Of a stretch of DNA of 64,000 nucleotides, positions 11,927-26,506 are shown one piece after another. The translations under genes were made by a program, and so were the position numbers. The notes beneath the pieces are model-generated. The model was given only the letters and a program-made list of their open reading frames with translations. It was not told the DNA's origin and did not search any database. Positions within the stretch are counted from its first letter, which is position 1. Each line of letters opens with the position of its first letter. Location: contig NW_026974140.1 of assembly GCF_037042905.1 (NCBI RefSeq), positions 10,168,001 to 10,232,000 of the forward strand, given 5' to 3'. The stretch is from Lytechinus pictus (taxonomy: Eukaryota).

Positions 11927-14668
11927 ATATTTGAGGAACATCTATTTAAACTTCAATATCTTTCAAAATCAAAATAGTGTAATGCTATAGTTACAAGATG
12001 GATCGAGCGTAGAAGTGAGATATATATATAAAAACAGAGAAAATATTTATTCTTCTTGTGTTTCGATCGATCATTCTGATTTCATTACTAATGTTCGTTA
12101 AAGATCTTTTCGCTAAAACTTTTATCAATAAATATTTTTCACCTTTTGTGTAGGTCTTCTGATAGAACCATAATTCGAGTATAACGAAATATAGCAGCAG
12201 GAATATTTCGCTCAAGAAAATTTTCTCGTTAATGTCCATAGGTTTGATGTATAGGACGATGAAATTACTATGTTTCCGACTAAAAATAAATATCCTTTTA
12301 TTACCAGAAATAAAAGTGTGAAAATAAATATTCATAATTGTATCACTTAAGATTAACTTCAGCAAGATGTTAATTATTATTCAGTTTTAAAATCGGTTTG
12401 CATTACTAATAGATATTAGGCAAACTATTGGTACTATCACGATCATGATTATGCTAATTTCAGAAACAATTACTTCGTATTTTTCTTATCCAAAAATAAA
12501 AAAAATTGTCAGTTCAGTATATTTTACAGCCCTTGATTGCAGCTTTGTAACTTGCGTCACAGCAGTTTTCCTTATATACATAGTTCATTAAACGAAATTT
12601 TGACAGCCGTTTCAAGCAAAATTTCCTTGAACATAATCCAATTATTTGTAGTATTCTTGTATATATATCTGGAAAATAAGTCGGGGAAGGCTGTCCTGTG
12701 TTTATACCGGAAGAATGCACATAAGGTTGACCAACGAAACGACAAATGGAAATATTGACAAATGTGATTAGGGTCATCATAATTATACACTGACCATAGA
12801 CATGATGGAGTTAGCTCCTTGCACTGACAATGTGGAGTAAACAACATGGAAAGTTGTATAAGTTTTTAATAGGTTTACAACCAATCGACAAGAGCTAATC
12901 TTGCAACTATATTGGCCCATATAAATGAGCTTAATTAAAGCACTCAGATAAAATCGCACAGATTGTTAATTTCAGTTGATTGTGCAATATTTTTAGAATG
13001 ATATACAAATTTAAGAATCAATAATGTTTTAAGGATAAAGGTGTGCTGACCACGTATGTCATTGAACCTAAATTAAAGGTATTAAGTATTAAAGGTACCT
13101 AAATTAAAGGTATTAAGTAGCATAAACGCCACAATTGATCTAATGATTCATTCCTCGGTGGATTCATGATTATAACTGTGGTCGTCGATGCCTTCGTCAT
13201 CGTCACAGTTGTGCTTCTATTTTCATGATTATTAAGATACTAACCATGGTCTATTTAATAGCTCTGCAAACCATTATAACAACATTTTGAAGTTCTTCAT
13301 TTATTGAACGAATGAANNNNNNNNNNNNNNNNNNNNNNNNNNNNNNNNNNNNNNNNNNNNNNNNNNNNNNNNNNNNNNNNNNNNNNNNNNNNNNNNNNNN
13401 NNNNNNNNNNNNNNNNNNNNNNNNNNNNNNNNNNNNNNNNNNNNNNNNNNNNNNNNNNNNNNNNNNNNNNNNNNNNNNNNNNNNNNNNNNNNNNNNNNNN
13501 NNNNNNNNNNNNNNNNNNNNNNNNNNNNNNNNNNNNNNNNNNNNNNNNNNNNNNNNNNNNNNNNNNNNNNNNNNNNNNNNNNNNNNNNNNNNNNNNNNNN
13601 NNNNNNNNNNNNNNNNNNNNNNNNNNNNNNNNNNNNNNNNNNNNNNNNNNNNNNNNNNNNNNNNNNNNNNNNNNNNNNNNNNNNNNNNNNNNNNNNNNNN
13701 GTCCGCAAGCAGTATGAAAATGAGAATTTTTAGCTATATCATGAATATACAAAAAATAACGGGTTGAGGGCATACCCTTGTGGAACTCAAAATGATACAT
13801 TCTGATTTGTCACCGTTAACGATATACTGAATTCGATTTGATGATGAAACCAATCAAGAACATTGTATCTGTATCTCTGATTCCATTATTTTGTTTTTAA
13901 GAAGTATGTGAAAGTAAGTCTCACCTTCGAGAGATACAAGATTATACCATGATGAAAATACCCTTATCTTTGTTTTGTATTATTTTATGAAAGCATATAT
14001 GAGCATATAGTTTTTATGAAAACCAAAGCGGTGTGACGTGTGAGATCAGTGCATCGTCCTGATTAGACTTCGAAAAATCAGTATAACGTGTAAATGCATT
14101 TTCCTTATAATTTCGAGAAGAGCTGTGACACATAAATCAGTATCAAATATATTTGGTCATTAATTATATAACAATTAAATAATTTGAACTCCTTTGAACG
14201 CTTTGTGCATTAAAAAAAATGTTGAATACAGTATATACAGTATAACATAGCGGATTTATTATTTTTAACACCGAAAATTTTGATTTTCATGAGAAGCCAA
14301 TCTTTAACACTTCATTCATATTAGTAGGTCTCAAAATCATTTATTTAATATGATTGCTAAATAATAAGCTCATGAAGTCAGTGTTACATCCAGAAATATC
14401 ATTAACAATATTTCTAATGTATGCTTTGAAAATAATAATTTCGTCGCAGCTTTCAGGAGATTGATTTTTATAATACATTTCCCCCGCGACCATTCTAGTT
14501 CTGTTACAGCAGTCATTCCTTTATAGCAGGTGCTATTTGAACAGCTTTATATTATTTTCTTATATTTGTATTTAAACATGGTCTAGTGTATTTTTAAAAG
14601 GAAAACACAGAACTTGTTGAAACGAAAGTGAAAGTTTGAATACAAGTACGATATGAACTGTGCATAGC

Positions 14669-15251
14669 AGTCCACCCAAACAAAAAGTTGATATGAATAA
14701 AAGGAGAAAAATCCATCAAGCATAACACTGAAAGACATAAAAATCGGATGTAAGATAAGAAAGGTTATGACATTTTAAAGTTTCGCTTAATTTCACAGAA
14801 TAGTTATATGCACATCCTAGACGATATGTAAATAAGGGATTGATGATGTCGTCCACTCATTATTTCTTTTGTATTTTATTATATGAAATATGAAATATTC
14901 TAATTTTATCCTCATTGTCCTGTGAAAGAAAGTTTTGTTAATCCCTGAACATGTGGAATTACCTTTGTTTTAAGATTTTATGGGTCAGTGAAGTTGGTAC
15001 TTATTGTCAAACCTGTAAAAATGAAATATTTAAACAATAAAAACAAAAGACTTTCTCATTTGTATATCAATGACAAGTCATGTGCATAAAACTGTTTTGT
15101 AAAAAAAATTGTTTTCTGAAAAATAAGCGAAACTTTAAAATGTCATAACTTTCTTATTTTACATCCGATTTTAATGAAATTCTCAGCATTATGCTCGTTT
15201 GATTTTTATCCATTTATTCAAATCAACATTTTTATTGGGTGGATTTGACCT
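14669..15251. mobile_element. Kolobok-type MITE, left end eroded
   Basis: Long inverted arms (aaaatcggatgtaa...gttatgacattttaaagtttcgctta versus taagcgaaactttaaaatgtcataac...ttacatccgatttt); right end ggatttgacct|tcaa. Confidence 0.75.
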
Positions 15252-18200
15252 TCAAACTTCAAGTTTATCGACCATGGAAATTGAAAAACACCAGTGATAC
15301 AAATTAGCCTGTGCATTGAAAACTATTGATTGACATGACCGAGGCACTGAATCTTACAAGAATTATTAAACTTGATTGGGGTTTCAAAATATTTGAACTT
15401 AATCTTGTTTATTTTTTGTTTTGTTTTTTTATTGTCTATGATAGGGACATCTTATTGGGAAACGCTTTATAGTTACAGGAAATGCAAAAATATACCAAGA
15501 AAAAGCCAAAATAGCATTACCCCCAAAGAATTAAGTTATTACATAATGAGAGATTGCGATATTCTTAATAAAATGTCTTTCTACTTGGATATTTATGACA
15601 TTCTTAAACGATCAATATTGTATACTCAAAATAATTATTTGTCCTCATTTTCGCTCCAACATCGTCCAACACAAATTCCTTATCCCTTCTCCTAACACCC
15701 CCCCCCCCATCCCTCCCCAATCAAGACAGATTAATTGGATGATAACACTTCAAGTTTATCGTAATCACTACCACTAAGTGTACATTGGGTCGAAATATTA
15801 GCATATCGATAAGTAGGTTTATCATTATTTATTCAGAACATTTATGTTATTGAAGTGTTATATTATTCCCAGGGCTTTTTTCCTTGCTTTATTGCGCCAT
15901 GAGCAGATATGACTGGCAAAAAGTGGCAGGGGTTTAATGACCTCTGTCGATTCACTCTCCCTGTTATTACTCTGGCTTTAGCTGGGCCACCTTCAGGCGC
16001 TCAGGCGGTCGAGGAATATCTTCGCCTGGGTTAAGTGTAGCACAATGTGGGTAATTTTCTTGTTGAAGGAAAACACGACAAGGCGTGAGATCAAACCAGC
16101 GTCCCTCAGATTGAAACACGAGAGTCATAACCATTGATTAAACTATACAAGGTCGCATTTCAGGAATGACATTCCATGATAGATTACCAATTAACAGTAT
16201 CAACAGACCACATGCTAACAGGTGTGGCGTATTTTCTCCTTCGACAAATAACATTCTCCCTTTTGATGTTCGCAATTTCTCTTTCCAAAAATATTGCTCC
16301 TTTTTGCGACTTCGAAAATCTCCAAAATCAATATCACATCAAACTGCAAAGTGTGCAGGGGTACGTATATTCAGCAACGGGGCTTTCTTTTGCACATTAT
16401 ATTTCCCCCTCAATCTCCCTCCCGTAAAAAAGATGCATAAAGAATGAATAAATATAAAAAAATAAAAAAACACCCTACCCCTTTTCCAAATCAACTCAGC
16501 CATGTTATTGCACGCAATGTGCCTTCATTTTCATACAGTAACCTATAATTCAAGATGTTATGAATACATATGCAATTTCAAAATCACAATGATAAGTGAT
16601 ATTTTATCACTAGAGATGTCAATATTTTATCGTGATGACGTATACGTAGTTAGGCTGAACATAGGGTACATTTCAATAAAATAATTGACAAATAAATTAT
16701 GGATAACACTGGAATGAAGCCAAATATATATTGGAAACATCGAAATACAGTTATAATAATGATCATAGCAATAATCCGCTTTTATAGCACTTATACAGTA
16801 TATTGGCTTTGAATATATGTTATGATTACCCCCATGGTCATAGACTCCGCGTAGCAGTACATCTTATCATGCACTTCATCTACTCCCTCGGGATCATTCC
16901 ATTTTGTGAGATAGGAAAATGCGAATGATGCTTTGTTGGATTCAGTTAAGTTCTAAATATATGTAGACGTTTTGGACCAACAGTATGACCAAAAAGTGCA
17001 CTTCAGTGAAAAAATATGAATATTAAGAGATGATTGCTTTGTGGGTGAGATGGAATTCAGATGTAATGTCATGCTTTAAAAAAAACATGATGTTCCTTTG
17101 TTGGAATGAACATAAACGATGATTTATATTTAGTTATACTTTTTTTTTTGCTGTTTAGAATGTTGTCAATATATTAAATATGATAAAGTGTGAGCTATCA
17201 TCTGGAAGAAAAGTTGGCAAGATAATCAAAAGAAGATAGTTTCTACTTCTGTCTATTGGGACCATTACCCGATGCGTGTTTGATGATGCATTGTCGATCG
17301 TCAGCTGTACAACAATGAACCAGTTCCTCTAAGGAGAATTATACAAGGACTTTGATCAAATTATATGCCCTAATTTGACCATAAACAATCCATCTATTTG
17401 TATATGAAAATACTGCTCTAGTTTCCAAAAGTGTAAGGGTCAAAGTGTACATGTGCAATATACAAAGAGTTATCGTAAAAGTGTGTTTGTTTGTTTGTTA
17501 GCCTTTGGATATGAAAGGTATTTGACTGTCTGGAAATTTTGAAAATTGGAAATTGCATCTTTTGGTATTTTCCCTCAAACTCTCTTGACAATTTATTCAG
17601 CGATTGTTCAGACAAATTGAGTTAATACATTCAACTAAAAGATAATAATGTGAATGTAAGATACGAAAGGTATTGAGGTGCATGGGCATTTTGGAGTTTG
17701 GAAGCTGCAACATTTGGTATTTATCCCATCAACTCTCTTGGCAAAATTACAATATTGACAAATTATAGATGATAATTAGACTAATTAATATTCAATAACT
17801 GATTTTTTTTTATGCTTATGTCGTGTAATAAAAAATTTGTCCGATTTTAATTGATTGATTTGTACGAATATGTATTTGATTTATGAGAGAAAATTATAAA
17901 ACTATTACATTTTTTGCTAAAGGAATACGTGCAATGGCTATTTTAGCCTACATTAAAGTTAATAAATGGAAATTTTATAGGCATTGTTGGCATCAATGTG
18001 TGCGCGTGTTTACACTCTAAAAAATTTGTCTATAGTTCAAATTTGAACGAGAAAAATCAGCACTCCGAAGTGCAGTCACTATATACACGCTCCTCAAGAG
18101 CTAAATTTTTAGATTGTAAAAATAAGACAACAATCGTTAATCGCTAATCTGATACTTTGGTCCATGTTGCCGAACATGTGAAACAGACAGATGCCAATTA

Positions 18201-19778
18201 TTATTTGGACTGCAATGAGATTATCGATAATGCAATCGTTCACACACTCCACCCAGGTGCTACATGGGTACCCGGTAGGATGTGAAAGTCAGTCTATATA
18301 CCTTAATTGTCCAGCATTGCATGTGCCTAATTGGCGACTGACTGGAATACTCCCCAAGGAGTGGAGAACATGCATACGTTATATCTGCTGGAATAAACAC
18401 GATAGGAACGTGCAATGTACTAGTATGTCCTTAGGCACATTATTTATTATTTGCTCTCCTGTAAAGTTTCAGTAAGAAATTCCAATTCCAGTAATATGTA
18501 TCTTCACGGGGAGTGTTCTCGCAGATAAAAATCTCGTTTCACCGAGTGATATCTGGTGTTTGTTTGCCCATTGCTATGATATTATCTATCATTGCTTCAG
18601 AGCATTGGCCCTGGAATCACTTTAAGATCACTTCACGTTTATTTACTACTACCAAAAGGGTACTCTTTACGACGACCTCATGGGTTGCATTTTTTAAGCA
18701 TCACCTTTGGTTTATCACGTCCTGTGACACAGGCGAAAACGACTTAAGACGCGCTAAAAAGAATGGCGGCACGAAGGGGTAAAGTGATTTGGGGGTATGG
18801 TACAGGGGCTGCTGCTCGAGGGAGGGGGGCTTCAGCTTCAGTCCCCACTTTTTCCAAAACCGTGTACAAAAAAATGTAAAAAAAATTACCATCAGATTGA
18901 GATTTGTTCGGATGGTTAGCCTCCCCCCCACACACACTTTCAAAACGTTTCCGCAGCACATGTGGTACATGTAGGACATTTGAACTTTATGATATTTAAC
19001 GCTTTTCTTGTCCGTCCTCGCCCCCAAATTTTCTTTTGCCATCCACTTGCCCCCCCCCCTACTTGTCCCTCCTTATTGTAATGTAGATCCTCCAATTGGC
19101 AATGCGACCAAGATTTGTGGTGTGAACAACTTTGCCATTACTTTTTGTATATTATTTCACTTAAGCTGCCTCTTGTATCACATCTATCATTAGAACATGT
19201 TCTTTCTATAGGAGGGCATGTAATACAGATTTACAAAGAATACATCATGGATAAAGAGTTTGTATTACCGTAAGAGAGAGCATAATGAGACATTTTGAGG
19301 GCATTTTATTGTCCAACAAAGGGAAAGTTGTTCACATGTGACATCACACATCTTTGTCGCATTGCCAATGGAGGATATCCATAGCAGAATTGATCGAAAT
19401 ATTCAAATGCTCACCATAACTTCCTCATTATTGTCAGAATTTTCTCAAACTTTCTTTGATCTTATTTTTTTCTGTTTCCACACAAGCCCACTTGTCCAAA
19501 AGCTTTCATTCCCCTTTAAATTGTTTATACAATATATTTTTAATTGTTTCAAACTGTAATAAAACTTTTAAAAATGTTTAAAACTTGAACAATAGTTGTT
19601 AGAGTGACGGGCTTAAACAACAAATTAAACAGCATTTGTACACTGCATGTATAATAATATACGATTTCTTAGCAGATGCCATACCACTATCCCTACCAGA
19701 TATCCTCTTGATTCAGACTTTTTCAATCCACATCATTGCAATTATCAATTCATTTCTTTTCTCTTTCCAATTTAGAAA

Positions 19779-21455
19779 ATGGCTTCTCCCAAGAGCATCG
19801 CTGTTCTCTGCCTCTCGATTTGCATCAGTGCCCTTCTGTCTGGGATTTGTGAAGCTCAAACTACAGACTTAATCACTATCGATACGAGTGCACCGACAAC
19901 AGCACTGGATACGACTGATTCAGCGACAACGTCACAAGACCCAACTGATACAAGTGCCCCAACAACTGAAGCACTGGATACGACTGATTCAGGTGCAGCG
20001 ACAACGTCACAAGACCCAACTGATACAAGTGCCCCAACAACTGAAGCACTGTATACGACTGGTTTAGGTGCAACGACAACGTCACAAGACCGAACTGATA
20101 CAAGTGCACCAACAACAGCACTGGATACGACTGATGCAGGTGCAGCGACAACGTCACAAGACCCAACTGATACAAGTGCCCCAACAACTGAAGCACTGTA
20201 TACGACTGGTTTCGGTGCAACGACAACGTCACAAGACCCAACTGATACAAGTGCACCAACAACAGCACTGGATACGACTGATGCAGGTGCAGCGACAACG
20301 TCACAAGACCCAACTGATACAAGTGCACCAACAACAGCACTGGATACGACTGATGCAGGTGCAGCGACAACGTCACAAGACCCAACTGATACAAGTGCAC
20401 CAACAACAGCACTGGATACGACTGATGCAGGTGCAGCAACAACATCACAAGACACCACTGATACAAGTGCACCAACAACAGCGCCAGACACCCCTGATCC
20501 AACAAATGCACCAACAACAGCGCCGGACACCCCTGATCCAAGTGCACCAACAACAGCGCCAGACACCCCTGATCCAACAAATGCACCAACAACAGCGCCG
20601 GACACCCCTGATCCAAGTGCACCAACAACAGCGCCAGACACCCCTGATCCAACAAATGCACCAACAACAGCGCCGGACACCCCTGATCCAAGTGCACCAA
20701 CAACAGCGCCAGACACCCATGATCCAAGTGCCCCAACAACAGCGCCAGACACCCCTGATCCAAGTGCACCAACAGCAGCGCCAGTCACCCCTGATCCAAG
20801 TGCCCCAACAACAGCGCCAGACACCCCTGATCCAAGTGCACCAACAGCAGCGCCAGTCACCCCTGATCCAAGTGCCCCAACAACAGCGCCAGACACCCCT
20901 GATCCAAGTGCACCAACAGCAGCGCCAGTCACCCCTGATCCAAGTGCACCAACAACAGCGCCAGACACCCCTGATCCAACAAATGCACCAACAACAGCGC
21001 CGGACACCCCTGATCCAAGTGCACCAACAACAGCGCCAGACACCCCTGATCCAAGTGCCCCAACACTTGGATCAAACACCCCTGATCCAAGTGCACCAAC
21101 AGCAGCGCCAGTCACCCCTGATCCAAATGCACCAACAACAGCTTCGAAAACCCCCGATCCAAGTGCACCAACCGAAAAAAAGACTACACCCCAGCCTACT
21201 GAAGGTGCCGATCCTACAACAAGTCCTCCAGAGGAATCCCTTTCTGCTGGTGCCATTGCAGGTATTGTCATTGGTTCGGTGGTGGGAGCTGGAATCATTG
21301 CAGCTGGTGTCGGATACGCTATCTATCACTTCAAAACAGTTACACAGGTTGCTCCGGTCAGCAACGATATTGAGATAGCGAACATATCTACGGACAATGT
21401 CGTTGAAATAAACGACAAGACAAATCTAACACCACCGGATGATAATCAACCGTAA
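19779..21455 (+). CDS. Mucin-like type-I transmembrane protein, paralogue B (558 aa, single coding exon)
   Basis: Acceptor catttcttttctctttccaatttAG|aaaATG; clear signal peptide MASPKSIAVLCLSICISALLSGICEA; two PTS repeat arrays; TM segment LSAGAIAGIVIGSVVGAGIIAAGVGYAIY; tail containing QVAP and DIEI. Confidence 0.9.
   Translation: MASPKSIAVLCLSICISALLSGICEAQTTDLITIDTSAPTTALDTTDSATTSQDPTDTSAPTTEALDTTDSGAATTSQDPTDTSAPTTEALYTTGLGATTTSQDRTDTSAPTTALDTTDAGAATTSQDPTDTSAPTTEALYTTGFGATTTSQDPTDTSAPTTALDTTDAGAATTSQDPTDTSAPTTALDTTDAGAATTSQDPTDTSAPTTALDTTDAGAATTSQDTTDTSAPTTAPDTPDPTNAPTTAPDTPDPSAPTTAPDTPDPTNAPTTAPDTPDPSAPTTAPDTPDPTNAPTTAPDTPDPSAPTTAPDTHDPSAPTTAPDTPDPSAPTAAPVTPDPSAPTTAPDTPDPSAPTAAPVTPDPSAPTTAPDTPDPSAPTAAPVTPDPSAPTTAPDTPDPTNAPTTAPDTPDPSAPTTAPDTPDPSAPTLGSNTPDPSAPTAAPVTPDPNAPTTASKTPDPSAPTEKKTTPQPTEGADPTTSPPEESLSAGAIAGIVIGSVVGAGIIAAGVGYAIYHFKTVTQVAPVSNDIEIANISTDNVVEINDKTNLTPPDDNQP
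19880..21170 (+). repeat. Coding tandem repeats: 72/75-bp units (about 8) followed by 36/39-bp units (about 20)
   Basis: TDTSAPTT(E)ALDTTDAGAATTSQDP from ~19880 to 20470, then DPSAPTTAPDTP / DPTNAPTTAPDTP to ~21170. Confidence 0.93.
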
Positions 21456-22496
21456 AGTGATTTCAAGAGAGACATGAATATCATATTCGAAGTGGCTATA
21501 TGATTTATTATTGGTTTGTACATGGATGTGACATGGAATGGAATCCTTAGACCGTATTCACCTTTACGCGGTGGCAAGCTGTTTCTAATGGATCTAGACT
21601 GTGCTGCTTGAACACGCAATATGTGTCGCGGTTGAAAATACAGTTTCAGAGTTCAATTTATCTACATTTGTCTTTGCAGGAATTTTGCAAACAAAAACAT
21701 AATATATTTTCTCGGTGGAAGCATCTGCTACCAAAATAAATGTTGCCAAAATCAATGATTTTGTTTTTATCCCATTATTTCGCAAGTACACATTCAACGA
21801 GCGAATTTAGTCATATGTGGCTTCCCATAAGTATTGCTGATATGAAGTTTCATTATCCATTTTAATGCTGAAAGTATGACAGAGATCAATAAGCTACCCT
21901 AGAACAATATACAATCATACTATGATGGGCCAAACCCGGCATAATTCTTTTTCTCATTTGTAGTTCTAGTTCACAAAATTGTATAATGATTGATGACATA
22001 GAATCAAAAGGACCAAACTCAACAAGTTCGATAACATTCGTTTCCTTACAAGATGTTTTACAATGAAATCAAGGTTTAAGCGCGAGATACTTAAAGTACA
22101 CTGTTCCGCCTTTCTTTCTTGTGCGGCGATATTAAATTAAATTGAAATAGGGAAGGGGCGCAATTACACTTCTGTTTGAGCGCAGCATGTATTTTAAATG
22201 GTCAAGCAGAACCCATATGACACTCTCTTAAGTTGAGCTAGAGTGTTTAAAATAATTATCACGCTTATTGAGAACATTCAAATTTGTCAGCATTCCAATA
22301 CTGATGACTGAAAAGCACAAATGCTAAAAGTTTTTCCAGTCTGAATGCCTTGCGAAGTCATTTCATTGACATCAATTAAGATGCAGTCACTACAAGAGAC
22401 CGATTTTAGACCGGTCAAAGAGAGTATTATTTATTTTAAATGTTATTTTGAATGACAAATATCAGCGGATTTAGGAATCGTTTTGTTGGTGTGACT

Positions 22497-22979
22497 CAAT
22501 GGCGGATCCAGGGGGAGGGGGCATTTCTGGCCCGTGCCCCCCCCCCCCCTTGAGTGTCATAGTCAATATTTTTAATGTAGTTATGTCGTTCATACGCAAG
22601 TGTTAGTCTGCTGTGCAAACCCTTTACTCGAGTAAAGGGTCTGAATTGCAGCCTACTCATGCCTTGTGTACTTAACAGCAAGTTTTGTATGTGCTAGTCT
22701 TTGCGTGGAGACACACTTGTAGATCAAAGTTTCAATCAGGGTCTTTGCCTGCAGACTATACACAAGTGTGTCCTCCCTCACTTTGACAGTAACAGCAAGT
22801 ATTTTTATTGGGAATTTGTCGCTCGTACACAAGCGATGTCCTATTTATTTTGCTTGTCAAATTTAACGCGGGACAAAAGGACATTCATTTTTTGGTAACA
22901 ATATATTTTTTTCCTCGTCAAATTTTCCTTGGGTACATGTGCCCCCCCCCCCCTTTGGAAAATCCTGGATCCGCACTTT
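22497..22979. mobile_element. Degenerate hAT-like MITE
   Basis: Termini caatggcggatccagg...cctggatccgcact with poly-C/G tracts, the same terminal style as 41293-41532. No TSD recognised. Confidence 0.55.
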
Positions 22980-24400
22980 CAAACAGAGTATATCTTCCTT
23001 CAAACTTTTATGATAATCCAGCAGCGATTTAATTTTGACCGTTGGTGGCTTTATTAGAATAATAAAAATAGATTCTTTCCATCATGTCCATAGGGTCTGG
23101 ATCCATTGCTTTTATTGAATTGACTTGTTGATACCAGAAAGCAGTTTATTATTCTTTTTTTTTTTCGAGTTTTCTTTATTTTTCTTTCAGCACATGAAAA
23201 TTAAAGAAATCATCAGAATATATATATTCTGATGGAAAGATAGTGGATCACCCTCTTTTGCAAAATAACTCTTCTGGTTTTTTTTATTAGTTGGTACTTT
23301 GTTTTATTGTAAGTAAAAAAAAAGTGTCTTTGAAAGATAATATTTTAATAGAGTTTATGTATGTATATATTTGTAATGTTGTATTTCATACATCATAATA
23401 CGTAAGCAATCTCAATTTTCAATCATTATAGTAGCTGAGCCACACCGTGCTTATTATTTAGATCGTGATTGATCTAGAATAAATTGTATTTTAAGACTTT
23501 GTAGATGAAAAAAGTTTTTCACCATAGAGATATATTGTATCTCTATGATTTTCACACTTTTTTTTAAATTCAGTTCAATACATTGAGTTTATTCAACAAC
23601 CCTCCTTCTCTCTCCCTCTCTCCTTCTCTCTCTTTCTCTCTTTAAAAAAATCAACTTTATATTAGTGCACATGTAATATTAAAAATATGTACATTCCATC
23701 TTGCGATTATTATTTTAACTTTTTAGTATGTGGTCAAATATATTTTTTCTCATTGAAACTAATGAAAATATATATGATTAATTCTATGCAACATGCAGGG
23801 CACAGAGTGGTTCTCGAGCATGCAATCAATCGGAATTTTAAATATATTTATACTAGTAATAAAACTAAGTTTCGGGACTTGCCTTTTTATACAAGCTCTG
23901 CTTTTCTTGACAAGTCCATCTGTTCAGTTAATTCATCGTCGATATGTGTTATAAAATATCAATGAACTGTATGTATTATTTTGAACATGTACTTGTACTG
24001 TTACTTCGATTATATTAATTTGTTGAACGGAAATAAATAAATCTTAATCTAATTCTATACTTATTTTATTGTTTGAGGAAATTTGCTAATTGTGATAATG
24101 ATAATGATTAATTTATCATGTATTTACAAAATACAGTCAACGATATCAACGTAATATTCTTGATGAAAATTATTATTATTCTTTAATCAATGAAACTGAT
24201 ATTGCACAACTTCACAATACTTCGCATTTATTTTTAGAAGTTCCTGTAGAGAACACTTATTTCGTGTCCCTTTTTTCGTAAAAGGGTATTTAAATCATAT
24301 TTGGACAGTTTCAAATTATCATTTATATTTCGAATGATAAAATTATGTATTTTCTGAAATGTAAATGGTTGATATTCTCGTAGCATTGATTATAATTCAA

Positions 24401-24876
24401 AGGGGAGGGTCACCCTCTTGGTTTAAAACAAGCAGAAACAGAGAAAAATATTTGTGAGGGTTTGCTGAAAATCTGTCGAAAAATGACGGTGTTATGAAGT
24501 TTTAAACTTTTGATTTCGTGACCTCACGTGTGAGTAGCTTCTCCATTGTATATCATGGTATGTAAATTCCCAAAAGGCTATTTTCTCAAATATATGGAAA
24601 TTGACTTTATATGTACGGTTAATATAAGATCAGAAACATCATTTTCATACTCCCTTCTATAAGCAGAATTTTGTATTCATCAAATTCCATTAAAAGTTTG
24701 AACTTTGGAATTTATATACATAAATATATTTATAGGGAGGCTGCTCGTATATGACGCTACAAACATAAAACTTGAGATATTTATAACTCTTTTATTAATT
24801 GGATTTCCATCAAACATTCACCGATATTTTCTCATATTTTCTGCTTTCATTAAAAGCATAAAGGTGAGCTTCTCCT
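24401..24876. mobile_element. Older Kolobok-type MITE
   Basis: tcaa|AGGGGAGGGTCACC...GGTGAGCTTCTCCT|tcaa with degenerate long arms. Confidence 0.65.
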
Positions 24877-26186
24877 TCAACTTCATGTTGACTTACACAT
24901 TATTTTAATAGAATGTTACCAGCTTATTCACCAAAGTTGGGGTGTTTTAAACCTGAAATGAAAACATTTTCAAAAATTCAACTTTGTTGTGAAATTCTTT
25001 GGTATATCGTCTTTTTTTACTAATACTCAAGAAGGTAGACGAAAACAAAGCATTCAATAGATAGTATGTACTATAGTCAGGATAGTTCAGAGAATACAAC
25101 CATATATGCCTTTAATATATTTTTTATTCATCAGGACACCTTGAGATATAGTATTCAAGATCATTGTATTGTCATCATCGCTCTTTTTTTTTATAGAAAT
25201 ATTAGTCAAATTTAATCATGTCGTGTCGGTGTATTGTAACGACTTTTTGCATTTATAGTCTTGTAATTGGTCATTTTGAAATATAAATATTTCTCAGAGA
25301 GTGTACGTTGAGAGGTGTCATCTCTTTCCTGTTGAAGAGTGTATTATGTTTACAGTGAATGAGATTAAATGCAAATTATTTCCATTTTATGTTGACGTGC
25401 TCAAGCGTATATAAATGATTATTGATATTGGGTTTGGAATCCTTTTTCCCTTCTTTTTCTTTTCTCACTAAAAGGATTTTTTTTTAAATCAAATAAACAA
25501 TTATTTTCTTCACAAATCTCTACATTTTTGTAAACATTAATTCATACAAAAATCAATTATTCATGAAGTTATGTTTATAGAAGAAGGCTCGAATGCCTCC
25601 ACCCCTAAAATTCAGTTGGTTAGGTTTGAGAGCAAATGGAATTCCTTTTGTGTTTACGTGTGATCTGGAACTTGAACTCATAGAGACAGGGGTGACCCCC
25701 CCCCCCCCCCCCCCATTCGATTTTTTTTTCAAGAAGTCGCTAAGGAGAAAGAGAGATGAAAGAAAGAAGGGTATAAGAAGAGTACAAACGAATACTACAA
25801 GCTTGTGTTTGTAACTTTAATAATCAATCCTTTATTGGGGACATAGTATAAACATACATGGGTTTTATTAGGCCTACTTGTCGGGTAAAGATACACATAT
25901 AACACATGAGAATATGTGAATTAGACAATTGTCATGGTTATGGATCATGACTTTCATTATTTGGTCTATTTTGTTTGGGCTTTTTCATTAACAAGCAAAA
26001 TAGGGAAGGATATTATTCGTACAAAAGATGACGTAAATACATTTATTTATATATTCCTTCAAAAAATCTGACAATCAACAGAGATCATTCCGCCATTGGA
26101 GCGGAGTGTACTTTTGAAAAAGAAAAATATGCGTATAGGCCTTCGTTATAACAGGCCTATGCACATGATGCATATAAGGTTAGGTT

Positions 26187-26506
26187 CATTGGTGTCGATC
26201 ACGTGGGGTGGGGGTTATATCCTCCCCAATATTTTAGGTGGGAGGATGGCCTGTGTCATCACCCCCCCCCCCCAATAATTCACGGGCGAACATCACAATA
26301 TTTATGATGAATCATATAATAAATATAATCATGGTAGTTAATAAATTTTGCCCTTCATGCCATGCCTGGCCCCTAAAAAAACTAGACTCTTTTAATACGG
26401 CAATCAACCCCCCCCCCCCCCCGAAAAACCCTAAGTCACAGAGAAATAATATTCTGTGTCATTCATCCCGCTCCCCCATAACCCTGACCACCGATCGACA
26501 CCCATA
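26187..26506. mobile_element. Short copy of the hAT family seen at 32091-34475
   Basis: Same termini, cattggtgtcgatcac...gatcgacacccat, and similar first ~90 bp. Confidence 0.75.

Noticed and set aside
11066-13800. X-filled ORFs
   Set aside because: They are artefacts of N gaps.
19856-21378. Long overlapping ORFs (480, 436 and 298 aa) across paralogue B, and 28124..29032 across paralogue C
   Set aside because: Stop-free shadows of in-frame repeats; only the T/S/P/D frame has a signal peptide, TM segment and acceptor.
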